Positions 50,469-64,000 are shown, counted from the stretch's first letter. The stretch is 64,000 nt of DNA from Octopus sinensis (GCF_006345805.1 NC_043004.1:9486001-9550000), one strand, 5' to 3'. A program made the numbers and translations. Notes: generated by a model from the sequence alone, not told the origin.

Positions 50469-50559
50469 TAAAGAAGGAAAGATAAAGTTTTAAAAGAAAT
50501 GCGAACATCACCCTCACCGCCACCACAGCCACCTCCGCTGCAGTCGCCAGATTAGCAAG

Positions 50560-51500
50560 GGAAGCTGGAATGGGGATTTCATCTGCGAATACTACAAGAA
50601 ATCTGTATAGCAGAAGATTTCCGTGTACAAGAAGAATTGAAATTGGCCAAAAAAATTGTTAAAAGAAAAAAAGAATAGCCCCAAACCCTCCAACCGACGT
50701 TACTGAAAATATCTTGAGATGTACGGTTACATACCGGGTAAAATCGCTCCGGGTGGGAAATGCTTCTGGGAGCCAAATTCAAAAATTTAAAAATTGAGAC
50801 AATTGAAGTAACATTTGGGGCTGAAGAAGAAGCCAGGTATCATTCCGGAACGATTTTGAGGAATAAAAACTTCTTAATCCCCACCTACCGCAGCTAACAC
50901 CTTGCTAAAGTTAGGGAAATGAACGCACCGCTAGAAATATCCATCATCTGGTCAGTAATAGCCATCTTGACAGGTATAGAGTTAGAGAAGGTGACTATCT
51001 TGGAGGTAAAGAAAATACCTCAACAAAACAGGTCGGGTGTAGGTATGGAACTGACCTTACAATGTAAGCAAACCTATATCGATGAGCTACCTGACCTAAT
51101 ATATTTCACGGGTGGAACATACCTGTCAGTGTTAGTGGGGGATTAGCAAGCTAAGATTGCCAATTTATGTGGATCTGTGACACAGTTGAATGCTTTTTGC
51201 CCTCAAGGAAGGAAAACAAAACTCCCATTGCTACTAACACAACAAACACAAAGTCATGTGAACGTGCTCAGGATTCCACCCACATCCACAGCCAAATTAA
51301 GACAACGAAGGAATCAACCTGCCACAGAAAAACAAACTTCTCCTGAATGCCCTGCCCCCCAAACCAGCAACAGTGGCAATGACATGAAGAAACAAGAGCA
51401 GTCCGAACAATGGATCACTGTGACAAAAGGGTTAAGACGAAAGACGAGGAGGGTTCATAGCACTCCTCCAAGAACTCAGCAAAAAGATACTCAAAGACCA
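50560..51500 (+). pseudogene. Possible L1/Tx1 ORF1 remnant
   Basis: Broken reading frames TIEVTFGAEEEAR...IPTY...GVGMELTLQC...LSVLVG, followed by a decayed zinc-knuckle-like LCGSVTQLNAFCP and a low-complexity Q/T/R region. The family assignment is from memory. Confidence 0.4.
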
Positions 51501-51989
51501 CGACTGCAGCCCGATTTACATCCATAACAACAACAACAACAACAACGACAACAGAAATAACTGCTACGAAAACAGCAAACAGCAACAACATGAAAACACA
51601 AACTCAGAAAGAATCAATAATGAAACTGCAAAAACAGGAAAATGCTTCCAACTGCAGGCGAAATGTATCCATCAATTTTGTTGGTGTGAACAAATACAAC
51701 AGTGAATTGATGGATTTTGTTAATCAAAATAAAAGCAAAATTGTGACAGAAGAAAAGGAATTTCATGATTTCATTCTCAAAATCCCAAACGACCGGTTAT
51801 TAGTTAAAACATCTGTAGACGTTTATAAAACAATCCGCCAAAATTTCTGAGCTAATATGAGGATTTTAAAAAATCAAGTGACAAAAGGCTTTTGGACAGG
51901 CCTTTTAAACAACATTCGCCCCTACAGAGGTCCGGAACTTCCGGGCTTCTCGAAAACCAATGTGAGTGCCCTTCTCTTTTTCTTTCTCC

Positions 51990-52866
51990 GACAAGCATGG
52001 TGTCAAAATATTCCAGGGCTTCTTCTGTTGCACGCCAACAGATCGCAGCACACGGTTACATGCGCAGTGAGAGCCAGCAGTGACCGTCATGAAACAGTGT
52101 GCCGAGTGACTTTGCTGTGTTTACTTCGCATGTTGTGAAATTTGTGTTTTTGTAACCACATGTATGTTGTAGTCTGCGAGTGTGTCGTGGACAGGAACGA
52201 AGAACCAACGTGAAATTTTACGTTAAACTTGGAAAGTTTGCTACAGAGATATTGAGTACGTTTCGGCAAAACATGCGGCGACGAGGCAATGGGTTGTATG
52301 CAATGTTTCGAGTGGGACGGGCGCTTCAAAAGCGGGAGAACGTCCTTGAAAGACAACGAGCGATCTGGAAGACCTACGACGACTGTCACCCCAGGGAGTG
52401 AATTCGTCCCCCAGGGTCAAACCGTCAATTGATAGTGCAACTGCAAGGAATTGAAGCGTCTGAGGGAGGACATTCGGCGAAAGCACCCGGATGTGAGAGC
52501 GAAGAATTGGATTCTTTACCGAGCTCTCCTCACTCGTGAGCTTTTCGCCACAAACAACATGGTATCGCTTCAACACTCGCTCTATTTCCCAAATTTAGCA
52601 GCTGTGGGCTTCCATCTCTCTCCCAAGGATAAAAATGCAAATTATAGGCAGCCATTTTAATACCGTTGTCGAGATTCTTGAGCAAATCGCAGAAGGACCT
52701 CGACTCGCTTACGGAAAACAATTTCTAGGCCGGATTCCAAAAGTGGGATCGGTGGGACGGGTGTGTTGCTGCGCAAGGTGACTAATTCGAAGGAGATGAT
52801 ATTAAAACTCAGGTAAATAAGTTATTAAATATAACTAGTCCTGAAACTTTTTGATACTACTTCGTA
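51990..52866 (+). mobile_element. Internally deleted mariner (irritans/Hsmar2-like)
   Basis: Right TIR AGTCCTGAAACTTTTTGATACTACTTCG|TA and a decayed left TIR GGTGTCAAAATATTCCAGGGCT. The transposase N-terminus (NVKFYVKLGK..TE, ERSGRPTT) is joined directly to EFVPQGQTVN...LKRLREDIRRKHPD. Confidence 0.88.
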
Positions 52867-53417
52867 TAAAGACAGAAAATAACCGAAGCGATAAAGAGTT
52901 AGAAGAGAAGGAAATAAGAAAAGAAAAAACAAACAAACAAATAAATAAGAAATAAAGAAAGTAGAACGAAATAAAGAAAAGAAAGAAAGTGTGAAAGAAA
53001 ATGGTAAGTGAGTCGGGAAGAAAGAAAAGTGTGATAGGAAACATGTTAGGCCGAGTTTGGGTTTGCAATCCTCCAAGAGGATCGCTTCACAAATAATTGA
53101 ATGAGATTTAAGTTACCAAACTTTGCACTAACGCACACACACACACACACACACACACATGTGTATGTATGCATATACACACACGCCCTTATATGTTGTG
53201 TAGGCGATGTTTTCATGTTTGTATATCTGTACAAACGCGAGCATGTGTGTGTGTGTGCGTGCGCGCGCACGTGTATGTGTTTGTATGTGAATAATTACTG
53301 CTGTTTATAAACCTAGAGCAGTAAATTAATCATATCTACTGGTATAGAATGGTTTCAGTGTGTATAAAGAAATAATGTATAAGAATACGTAAGAAAATTG
53401 TATACTGTATATAAAAT

Positions 53418-53560
53418 ACATTCGTGTGTGTGTGTGTGTGTGTGTGTGTGAGTGAGTGCGTATGTGTGTATGTATGTATGTATGTATGTATGTATGTATG
53501 TATGTATGTATGTATGTATGTATGTATGTATGTGTGTGTGTATGTATGTATGTATGGGTG
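53418..53560. repeat. (TG)n(TATG)n microsatellite
   Basis: Directly visible. Confidence 0.96.
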
Positions 53561-53656
53561 TTTGTAAATGTGTGCTTTGACCTGTGTTAATGTCAGCGAG
53601 GTAAGTATCAGAATGGGTAAGCATAAGAAAGACAGATGACTAATAAATGAATGAAT

Positions 53657-53689
<33 letters not shown>

Positions 53690-53914
53690 AAAGAGAGGGG
53701 AGAAGGTGGTTGTGTGTGTGTGAGTGAGTGAATGAACCGATACAAGCTGATAAAATAAATGACTCTCTGATTATGGGATATCCCGGTAATCAATTCATTA
53801 TGGTGTAGAGTTTTATACACTGAAAAGAAAATGATCGGTTTAAGTTTTCGATTATCAGAAAATATAAGAAGCCGTCACCATGTCTGCTGTGGATGGAAAG
53901 AAGAACACACACAG

Positions 53915-53945
<31 letters not shown>

Positions 53946-53967
53946 TGAATGCATACATATATGTACA

Positions 53968-54013
<46 letters not shown>

Positions 54014-54329
54014 TGCATACACACGCACATACATTATGTCTGTGTATGTATTCATTCACATATATGTATATTTATTCACTTCTGTGCTCATATTTTACCT
54101 ACATACATATATATGCAGACATACGAATATATATGTGCGTGTGTGTGCATGTATTTACATATGTATATGTGCGTATGTACGTGTCTGTGTGCCCGCGCGA
54201 TTGTGTATACATATATATGAATGAAAATATGTATATATACACATGAAGTAGCTTAAAATATTATAGTTATAAAACATGTATATATAGTCAAGCGCGCGCG
54301 CGCACACACAATGCAATATCAAATGAAAG

Positions 54330-54363
<34 letters not shown>

Positions 54364-54791
54364 ATATATATAATATATATATATATGTATGTATCAACTA
54401 GTTAATACGTCTGAACATTCTATTTCCCTCACTCTATTTCTCCATTACTCTATTGAAAGTCATAGCAAGATTCAATTATTTTATCTCGCCAAAACTCTTA
54501 TTAACAAATGAAAAAAAAAAGAAATTGAAGAAGCGAAAAACGGAAAGAAGAGAAGGCGAAGAAAATTCTCCCCCGGCCCCTCACCAGCTGTTGTGTAATT
54601 TTACACACGCACGAGTACAAACACGCATATACGTACATACGCAAACGTGCACGCACACCCAACACAGAAACCGTATTTCCGTCTTGAGAATATTTCTCGA
54701 AAAATTCCCAACAAACGTTCAACTTATTTTCCTTGCTTTGCAGAATAACATTCATGCATATGTCTATTATTCATGCCTGCCTGCGCACATG

Positions 54792-54970
54792 GAGCGGCGA
54801 GGTGGCGCAGTCATTAGCACGTTGGTCAAAAACCTTAGCGCCATTACTTCCGACTTTCTACGCTTTCGAGTCCAAGTTTTATCGAGGTCGACAAAATATA
54901 GTCAAGTCCTGGCGTCGATGTAATCAACTTATTCCCCGCCCCTTCAAAACTGCTGGCTTTGAGTCCCGTT
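54792..54970 (+). mobile_element. SINE-A (tail type 2), very decayed
   Basis: GCGGCGAGGTGGCGCAGTCATTAGCACG...GAGGTCGAC...GTCGATGTAATCAACTTATTCCCC. Confidence 0.65.
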
Positions 54971-56232
54971 CAGAGAAAATGTTGCGATCCCGGTCACTTA
55001 TAGACACGAAAAGCGGGTAATCGGCCTGATGAATCCAGGAGGTTAAGAATAAAAAATATCTACACATATCAACCTCGGTGCATGCATGTATGTCAGTGTG
55101 TATGTTTGTGTGTGTGTGTGTGGTGGATATGTACACATACACTTGTATTGCTATGATTTTTTAAAACTCTATAGATATCGATCGTGTAAAACGTTGCGAC
55201 GTTAAATTTAAGTTTACAAAATGGTTTAAATTTCCTCTGGAGCAATTTTATTTTCCATGTGTCTTGTATGTCTGGTTTGGATATTTTCCTTCACGTCCTA
55301 TATGAGGACAGTACAGAAAGTAGTGATTTCTTGACCTGTAATTAGTTATTGAACCCAAATATTGTTCTTTGGCCCCACTGCTGCGCTGAGTGAATCAAAG
55401 AATGACAAACTGATATCTGATGAGTGTAACTACGAACGAAACAAATTAGATTGATCTTCTTCTTGTTCACAGCGAAGACAGAAATGTGTGTTTATTAATA
55501 TCGTATGTAGACATTACAGGTTTCTAAAACATTTCGCTAATGTTAAAAAATATGTCACAATATATATAAAGAAGCCCGTCGTGTATATACATACGTATCT
55601 CTGGAGGTATTAATTCGAGTAGATATGGGTGTAAACAGATTTTTAGCATTGCAATGAAAAACAAATATTGCCTTTTAATCAGTTTTTCTCCTTATAGTCA
55701 AAGAATGACTAATTGATGAAAGTATTATACCTAGTTAGACTGCTTTCCTTATTGTCGACAGTAAAGATAAAAATGTGTGTTTACTAAAATCTCACTCGAA
55801 GTCTAACTTGTAGAAGAATCCTATAAAGAAATACCAGTGTATTGTTTTAGGTCATGCAATGTAGTGGATACAATACATGAAATCGAATTCTACAAACCTA
55901 ACGTCACCAGAAAGAAAAGCTATAGTTGTATGGAAGAAGTTAAATTTTGCAATTTGGTGTCAAATTTGTAGCACAATTTCTGTCAGGTTTGTCAGGGAAC
56001 TAGCCACAGTTTCGAGCGACTAAAATCTCGACATCATATTATAAGCAATCAATAATCGAAATTAACATCTTTATGCGTTTCTGGATCGCTAACTCTTCGC
56101 TATATATATATACTGTTGTGTGGACGCCCCCAGATGATGAAGTAGGCTAGCCCAATGCGTAGATATAGAGGGAGAAGTCTAGACGTTGGGAGTTGAGTAG
56201 AGGTCATCGGAACGTGCGATATAACATATATA

Positions 56233-57096
56233 TAGGGTGTTCGAACTAAAATTGATAGTTGACATAAAGAGACAATATCCCGTCCAAAATTTTAATGATT
56301 TTTAGAAAATAAAGACATCAAGTAGAGTTTGGGTGGGCGATAAGTGCTTACTCAGGATCACCGCTCTCAACTTTCACCTCTGCCTCAAGCCGGCTCTGGA
56401 ATCAGGCGCCAACCATTCTCTCCTGCGTCTCTGGGAAGATCTTCGGACATCTCCGTCATCTTGGCCACCAGCTCAGCCTTGGTGTTGCAAGCAGCATTTT
56501 GGGGTTTTTTTCAACTACGTCCCACAGATAATAATCAATGGGTTTACAATCGGCGGAGTTAAGAGACCAGAAACTGGGGATTGTTGTAGGGGTTTTCCGA
56601 CAACCACTTCTGATACTTTCCGGAGGTATGACAAGGAATCGAATCCTACTGCCACACATATCACCTTCCAGCAGCAACCCTCTCCAGCTTGAGATTAACC
56701 ACAGTCTCCAGCAATTTGATATAGCCACCTGAATTGAGCCTCGGGCTCTGTTCAATGATGCGAGGATGAATTCTGGCGTCGGACGCAGTGAGAACGTCTG
56801 TTGTGTCTCTTCCTGCTGGTCACGGCTTGGTAGTATCTGTTGACGCTGTCCATGTCACGTTTTACAAACTTTGCAGTGTTCACATTGAACATCAGTCACG
56901 ATGTAAACATTTTGATGCCTTGCACAAATCATCAAGATATATGTAATTCTTTTGTAATATTCAGATAGCATCCAGTCCTCCATCTCAACTAACGTTTACT
57001 CAACTACGACTTGAATCTTTATGCTTCCAATACATCAAGATGTTCTTGAAAAAAAGGAGACGTAAATGAATCGTCATATTTAGTCCGAACACCCTG
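56233..57096 (-). mobile_element. Tc1/mariner-superfamily (maT/DD37D-like) element, internally deleted
   Basis: TIRs TAGGGTGTTCGAACTAAAA / CAGGGTGTTCGGACTAAAT, each flanked by TA. Transposase motifs YVWQ*DSIPCHTS, WSLNSADCKPIDYYLWDVVE (WPPNSPDLNPLDY-type) and NTKAELVAK. Confidence 0.88.
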
Positions 57097-57729
57097 TACG
57101 TATCATCCTTAAAGTTTACCCTATTAAGTTCATCTACCTGTATCGGCTATCAGTCAAGATAATCTAGTGGTTATTTTACCAACCAAATGTGTGAAAATCC
57201 ACAAAGAGCTTCAGAATTTTTATAATTAAAAACAAGAAGATTACAATGAGCAGATGAAACAGTTGTAAATTGATGCACGAAAAAAAAAAGAAAAAACAAC
57301 TTACTCTTTTCATTCTTTTTCTTTGGTCGGTATTTCGTTGAGGTGCAGTGTTGAATCTCACTTCTAGCTTTGGCTAGAAATGCAGTTGCAACAGAAAGAC
57401 AAATTGAATATTTATGATTCACAAAGCTCGTATTTAATACAAATAGGAGTGAGCAAAGATCTTGGAGAAATATACATTAGAAATGTTCCACCCACGCAGA
57501 AACAGCTGGAGGTGCACAAAGTTTTCAGACTCTTCTAAATCCATTGCAGTTTTGGAAACCCTTCGTCCGCAAGTGTCTCAGGGATACAACCATTTCGACC
57601 CTTAGCCTGTATGTCTCGCTTGTCATTCGATCTGATAAACGAACAAAGAATGAATTGATTATAATTTATTACCAGTAATCAATAGCAGGAACAACACAGT
57701 GACATGAGGCTACAAAGAATCAAGTACGT

Positions 57730-57910
57730 GGTTTCTGAATGGCTAGAAATCCCAAGAACCATACGAAACGAAGGACACATTGGACAAAGAAAGTCCAGAT
57801 AGACTATGTTTGAAGAAACCATAGGAAACGCCACGGCTGGAAAGTTTTTCATTAGAGATTTTACTTGGACATTTACGTGGAAGCTGAATGACAGCAACAG
57901 CAACACCAAA
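57730..57910 (+). repeat. SINE-C decayed copy
   Basis: GAAGGACACATTGGA...CCACGGCTGGAAAG...CAGCAACAGCAAC resembles the copies at 6030-6440. Confidence 0.45.
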
Positions 57911-58489
57911 AACAATGACAACAATTAAAGCAACAAAAACAATAGCATAAAGAACAACTCCACTGATATTCTAAAAGTAGAATAATGCCTGAATAGATGA
58001 ACGCAGTAAATAACAGTATTAGGTGACAGTTTGTTTCTTGGTGTTTTAGTGGAGAGAGAGAGAAAGAGAGAGAGGTTGATGGTGATTATTGTTGCTTTAT
58101 TTGACAACATTCATTCATTCAACTGTTGTATTTGTGCTGGGGATAGATTTTTTTTTTCATGAGGGCAAAATAGAGAATGCGAAGATATGTCATTTGAAAT
58201 AACAAAATATATTTCAAGAAAAAAAAAAAGACTAAGCAGAATAAATCAAATGAGAACATTTTTATAGATTGAGCAGTTTATCCCGTTTAGCATATTATGA
58301 TATACGCTTTGTTCGGCATCGTTCATTGTTGCTTAGAATAATGACATAAACTAAAGGATGAATTGCACAAAACAAGCAGCGACTTATTAGGCATTCATAC
58401 ATAGACCAACTTTTATATGGAGATAGATTAACAGAGAGTCAAATGGACGACAAAACAGATAAACCATCTGATAGCATACAGACACACAC

Positions 58490-58524
58490 GCACTATATAT
58501 ATATGTATACATATATATATATAT

Positions 58525-58571
<47 letters not shown>

Positions 58572-58654
58572 GAGAGAGAGAGAGAGAGAGAGAAAAAGAT
58601 AGGTGTATATATATATATATATATACACACATATATATACATATATATATACAC

Positions 58655-58705
<51 letters not shown>

Positions 58706-58808
58706 CATATAGGTAGACATTAATAGATGTGTATGTGTGTATTTATTTATATATATAGAGAGACAGATAGATATATTCATTGTGCATATATATGTGTGTA
58801 TGTGTATT

Positions 58809-58853
<45 letters not shown>

Positions 58854-58988
58854 GCAGACGAGAGAGAAAAAGGTTGAGAGAAGATCATTTTAATCAAACT
58901 AGGTTATTTCACATATATGTTTTACAGAAATGTAAACATATATCTCTCAACGTGTAAATGTGCTGCGGTTCTGCGTGTGGTTCTCTGT

Positions 58989-59039
<51 letters not shown>

Positions 59040-59040
59040 G
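58490..59040. repeat. Mosaic (TA)/(CA)/(GA)/(TG) microsatellites
   Basis: Directly visible. Confidence 0.93.
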
Positions 59041-59214
59041 AACAAATGATAAAACTTAGACGCATAAGGCAAAATAAATAAAATACGTACACATCCCATT
59101 AAATTGAATATCATCACTAAAAGTTTATGTAAAAAAAAAATGGAATTAAAACCAGGAATTTTTTTTTCAAATTCCCAGAGAAAAAATATTGACATAAATG
59201 AAAGGGAAATTGAA

Positions 59215-59670
59215 GCTGAAGTCATGATGATGATGACGATGGTGGTGGTGGTGGTGATGGTGATGTTTGTTGTGATGATGATTACTGCGATGGTGCTGCT
59301 GATGATAGACATGGTGACGGCACCTATCATGATCGATGACCCCCCCCATCACCGGACCTTTTCTTTTCTTTTCTAAAAGGAGTTGTTATTGTAGCTATTG
59401 TTTTTCTCCTCCTGCTCCTCCTCCCCTTCCGTCTCTAACTTCATCCATAAAGTTAGCTTTACTAACAACACTGACACCACAGATTAAACCGCCACCACCA
59501 CCTACACCGCCAATAACAACAGCAACAACCACCACCACCACCACCACCACAACAGCAGCCAACACCACCACAAACAACAACAGCCAACACCACTGCTAAC
59601 GCCGCCGCCGCCAACGCCACCACCACCACCACCGATCACGACTGCCGCCAACGCCACCGCCACCATCACC
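59215..59670. repeat. (GAT/GGT)n and (CAC/CAA/GCC)n trinucleotide low-complexity tracts
   Basis: Directly visible; no recognisable coding context. Confidence 0.85.
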
Positions 59671-60199
59671 TCAATGGATATGTTTCACAAAAGTTATTTT
59701 GCCTTCTCTTACGTTTTAACAAAAAAACCCCGCTCGCAACAAGCTCAGCCGAGGCAAAAATTAGAAGAAAATGAACGCAAAGCCTTTTCGTTGCTCACAG
59801 AACATTAATTTAGCAGCCATGTTGACATAAATGCCTCGACGCTGTATATCTTGTTGGCATCTTTTGTTTGCACAATTCTCGGGGGATTTTATATCTACAG
59901 GGGCTGTTATTATTATTATTATTATATGTGTATATATATGTGCATCAACATGACTATTTGTACTTGTCTAGATATTTGTTGTTTTTATTATTATTTTGTT
60001 TGTCAGTTTTTTTTCTCTATATTTTTAATTGCCTTTCCAACCCCGCCATCTCCTCCTTACTATATACAACGGGTTCATATTGATAGAGTTATCTGTTTAG
60101 ACTTTTTTTTTGTATCATCTGAGTATGAATTTCTATGTGTAGGCTTTCGGCATAAGTGTTTATATACTCAGGCAATGTATATGTAGGGATGTAAGCACG

Positions 60200-60278
60200 T
60201 ACACATATGTATATATATGTACGGGTGTCTGGGAGTAAATGCGTGTGTGTGTGTATCTATGATATCCATGTATGTACA

Positions 60279-60321
<43 letters not shown>

Positions 60322-60585
60322 TATGTATAAATATATATATAATACATTTAAATATAAAAGCGTATATTGAATATGTTTTTATGTATCAACTATATATTTT
60401 TGTTATAAAGAACATATATTTACATACTGAGACAGACATACACATACATACACACTACACACACACATGTATGTATACGGAGATACACATATATGTATCT
60501 GTATGTGTATATATATATATATATACATACACATATGTATCTATGTATGTGTATATATATATACATACACAAATGTATCTATGTA

Positions 60586-60638
<53 letters not shown>

Positions 60639-60659
60639 GTATGTATATATGCATGTGTT

Positions 60660-60707
<48 letters not shown>

Positions 60708-60710
60708 TAA
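60200..60710. repeat. Mosaic (TA)/(TG) microsatellites
   Basis: Directly visible. Confidence 0.92.
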
Positions 60711-62084
60711 TGCCTGTACACCTCTACATACGCATACATATTTTCACACACATACACACCACAAACAATACCAGTGTGTTATCTTGCTAAGTATTTCTTC
60801 TCTCGTCGCCCATTGGACTCGCTCCTACCATTATGGTTCCTCTCTCCACAAGCTTTGCCCTCTTCTTTCCGTCGTGTCGTTCTACAAGATTCTTCTTGCT
60901 GCCGGTGTTGCCGTTATTGCTTTTCCTGTCAGGATTCTTCTTCTTCTTCGTCTCCTTCTCTTCTCCCCTCCTCCCATTCTTATTCTTCTTCATCTTCTCT
61001 TTCTCTCCTTCTTCGTCTTCTCCTCCTCCTCTTCCTCTTCTTCTTCTTGCTCTTCTACATCAACGTTGCTTTTTTTTTTCATTTCTGTTGTTGTTGTTTA
61101 TTTATATATATTTTATCCATTCATTTATTTATTACAGTATTTCTGTTTTTATTTATTTTTTTTTTACTAATTTCAATTTCTGCATTGCCATTGTCCACGC
61201 GGCTGTTGTTACTGTTTACAAATGACGACGATGATGACAATGATGACGAAGACTGATGATGACGACGACGATGACGATGATGATGATGATGCGGGCACAA
61301 ACTTTTGTCCTTGATGTTAACTGTTGTTAATGCATCTGTTGGCGGTGGTATTTGTGTGTGTTTACTGTTATTTTATTGTTGTCGCTGTTGTTATTGTTGT
61401 CGGTAGTGGTGGTGGTGGTGGTGGTGGTAGAGGTAACGGTTTATTTTGGTGTACAGGAAGAAAAAGAATCTGATATGTATTCTTCGACATTTATACTTGT
61501 AGTAGTTGTAGCAGTAGGAGTGGTTAACAGTAGTAGTAGTGGTTAACAGTAGTAGTAGTAGTAGTAGTGGTGACTACGACGGTTGTAGCTCTTATTAATG
61601 TTATAAGTGATATTGTTGTTGCCGTTCTTGTTGCTTTTATTTTTGTTTTGTTCTCACCGTAACACTTTTTGCTGCTTTCCATGCTGTTAGTCGTCTTCTA
61701 CTACAACTACTACTACAACTACTACTACTTGTAGTCCTGCTGATAATGAGTAATGAAAGTATTATTTTCAAGGTTTTGTTATTTTTGTTTTCCTTACTGT
61801 TTTAATCAAGTTTTTCCTTATTCTTTTTTCCAGCAACCACACACACACACACATACACACACACGTATATTTGTTTTAGGTGCTTGTTCGTCTTTGCTGC
61901 TGTTCTGGGTTGTTCTTGTTATTGTTCTTGCACTTTCTAATTATTTCCTGCTTTCCTCCGTTGTTGATGCTGCTGCTGATGATGATAATGATGTTGATGG
62001 TGGCGATGTATATCTTAGCAACGTTACCTTTATTGTTTCTGTTCACTTCTCGGAGCGCTCGATTTCACTTGCTCTGGTTAATTT

Positions 62085-62275
62085 TGTTAAGGATTTCACA
62101 GGGTCTCTTTGCCACGATACTTAACACCCAACTAACAATCTGAAGATCCTTGCTGTCCCCAATAAAGCAGGTTCTCAGAATGTTCCCCCCTCATGTCAAT
62201 TCCAGTTTCACATAGTCATACATTGCCTTACCAATGACACCCGTCATAAGCTTCCACATAAAAGGGGGAGGCAAG
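62085..62275 (-). mobile_element. Internally deleted RLE-LINE fragment
   Basis: PLMWKLMTGVIGKAMYDYV (early RT region) is followed within ~40 nt by ALLGTARIFRLL (extreme C-terminus) and 3' UTR. Confidence 0.6.
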
Positions 62276-62299
62276 AGATAGGTTTATTATTATTATTTT

Positions 62300-62524
62300 T
62301 CCTTCTTTCTTCAAATTTTCTTCCGTTTCTCGCCGAGTGTTTTCCGTACACCTAGGGTAGAGAAGCTCATTGTATACATTCCCAGATTACACACGCAAAT
62401 TCACAGGTAAAATATGTATTTAAAAAAATTAATGAATAAATAAATTCATGAATGGATGTTGTTTTCACAGCGATAGTGCTCTTCTCAGTAAATGAGCCGT
62501 TCCAGTTAACACGATTTTAACACG

Positions 62525-62525
<1 letters not shown>
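62300..62525 (-). repeat. Probable LINE 3' UTR fragment between (TAA)n arrays
   Basis: Ends on the minus strand in GAAGGAAAAATAATAATAAT and is bounded by TAA arrays. Identity as a LINE UTR is inferred. Confidence 0.35.
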
Positions 62526-62570
<45 letters not shown>

Positions 62571-63977
62571 GTTTGACTTTTGCTTTATGTCTGTACAAGT
62601 TGGCTCCAAGTCTCACCCAGAGACCTCAAGAGACAACAGGTTGGAAGTTCTGTGCCATATATTTGGGGGTTTTTTTTTTGTACTAGTGAATGTCTAATAC
62701 ATAAAAAATAAAAATAAATAAATAAAAATAAAAATAAAAAAGTTTGTTTTAAACCTTGGGATTACATAGAGAGTATTTTGCGTAGGATATGAGCAGTTCC
62801 CATGAGCACTATCTCTTGAATTTCTGCCATTATGGGGTTTCCTGGTATATGAGTTAGGTAGCAATCAGTCCCTTTCGCTATCATTCCAGGGCACCTATGA
62901 CAACAGGTATTGTTTTAGTCTTCAGCTTCCACATTTTGCTGATTTCTATTTCAAGATCTTTATATTTGCTCAGTTTTTGGTAGGTCTTGACAGATACGTT
63001 TATATCGATTGGGACAGTCATATCAATGAGGAGGCATGTTCTTTGTCTGAAGTCTTTCAATATAATGTCTGGCCTATTTGCATCTATCTTCCTGTCAGTT
63101 TGAATGGTGAAGTTCCAGAGGAGTGAGATGTGGTCATTTTCAAGCACAGGAGGTGGATTGTGTTCCCACCAGTTTTTTACATGGGGCAAATCCAGGTTTT
63201 TGCAAATTACCCAGTGAATATATTGTGCAGCTCTATCATGCCTACTGAGGTACTCTGTAGGCGCTAGAAGACTGCATTTGGAGACAACATGGTTAATGGT
63301 TTCATTTTGTTGTCGACATACACGACATGTTGGGCTACTGCCGTTCTTTAATATGTTGGCCTGGTAGTTTCTTGTTGGTAGGCATTGATCTTGAGCTGCT
63401 ATGATAAACCCCTCTGTTTCAGATTTTAAGCCAGAGGCCATTAGCCATTGATGGGTCAGGGCTTTGTCGATATCTGCATTATTCGCTCTCTTTGGGTATT
63501 TGCCATAGAGAGGTTTTTCTTGCCATTTATTATTCAGAATATCTAAGGCCGCAGTTTTGGCACGGGTTTTCATGCGCCTAGCTTTTTCTGTGCTTGTTTC
63601 TTGTATATCTATCTCTAATTCCGAAATTGGTTGTATTCGGAATTCACTTAGATATTCCTTTGCCTGTTTTGTGACTGAGTATGATGCTTTCTTGTTTTCA
63701 TGTTTTGAGACAAGTTTTAACATCCAGTCCTCAGAGTTTTTCAGGTAGGTGTCTAGGCCAATTGTAGCAATCTTCATTGTTATTGCCAGTTGCAAAAGAC
63801 CACGGCCTCCCTCTTTTCTTGGCAGATAGAGTCGTTCTGTATCTGCCTTAGGGTGGTGCATTCTATGCATTGTCAACAGTTTCCTTATTTTTCTGTCGAG
63901 CTGGCATATTTCAGTAATTGACCAGTTAACAATATTGAAACTGTAAGTCACGACTGGTATGGCTAATGCATTGATCG
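62571..63977 (-). mobile_element. R4/Dong-like RLE non-LTR retrotransposon, 5'-truncated, relatively young
   Basis: 356-aa ORF plus 3' UTR, with (TAA)n at both ends (62526-62570 and 63978-64000). Confidence 0.93.
62762..63951 (-). pseudogene. RLE-LINE ORF C-terminal half (RT thumb, CCHC zinc knuckle, PD-(D/E)xK endonuclease)
   Basis: RLYLPRKEGGRGL; LKSETEGFIIAAQDQ; CRVC-X8-H-X4-C; RHD; NRPDIILKD..LIDMTVP; KLSKYKDL. A single 1-nt frameshift at ~62885 (GALG|MIAKG...ILRKILSM* ends at 62762). Confidence 0.92.
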
Positions 63978-64000
63978 CTTATTATTATTATTATTATTAT

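Noticed and set aside
55410-55460. Hammerhead-like CTGATGA...CGAAAC
   Set aside because: Weak stem II, and no stem I or stem III pairing.

Overview
AT-rich, microsatellite-dense animal genomic DNA. It is not prokaryotic: there is no operon, CRISPR array, rRNA or true tRNA gene. The SINE families, the huge (TA)n/(CA)n/(GATA)n/(TAA)n load and the LINE repertoire are what I associate with an octopod cephalopod (Octopus-like); this is recalled and inferred, not searched. I could not identify any host protein-coding gene, so the window looks intergenic or deep-intronic, and most ORFs in the track are simple-repeat artefacts. The window is a graveyard of decayed transposons: two CR1-group LINE copies in inverted orientation, RTE, L1/Tx1, several R4/Dong-like restriction-like-endonuclease (RLE) LINEs, a Penelope GIY-YIG remnant, three mariner pieces, a maT/Tc1-like element, Helitrons, foldback elements and at least four tRNA-type SINE families (labelled SINE-A to D here; these are my own labels). 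The most interesting signals are: (i) minimal type-I hammerhead ribozyme motifs in Penelope-like repeats; (ii) SINE 3' tails matching co-resident LINE 3' ends, including a covarying stem-loop and apparent tail swapping; (iii) (TAA)n arrays acting as stacked landing pads for RLE LINEs, including a head-to-head RLE/Tx1 chimera; (iv) a Helitron carrying an antisense PIF1-helicase remnant; (v) a chimeric mariner; (vi) long foldbacks and a pseudoknot-like 60-mer; and (vii) two candidate cis-regulatory islands. Boundaries of decayed elements are estimated by eye (roughly +/-10-50 bp).
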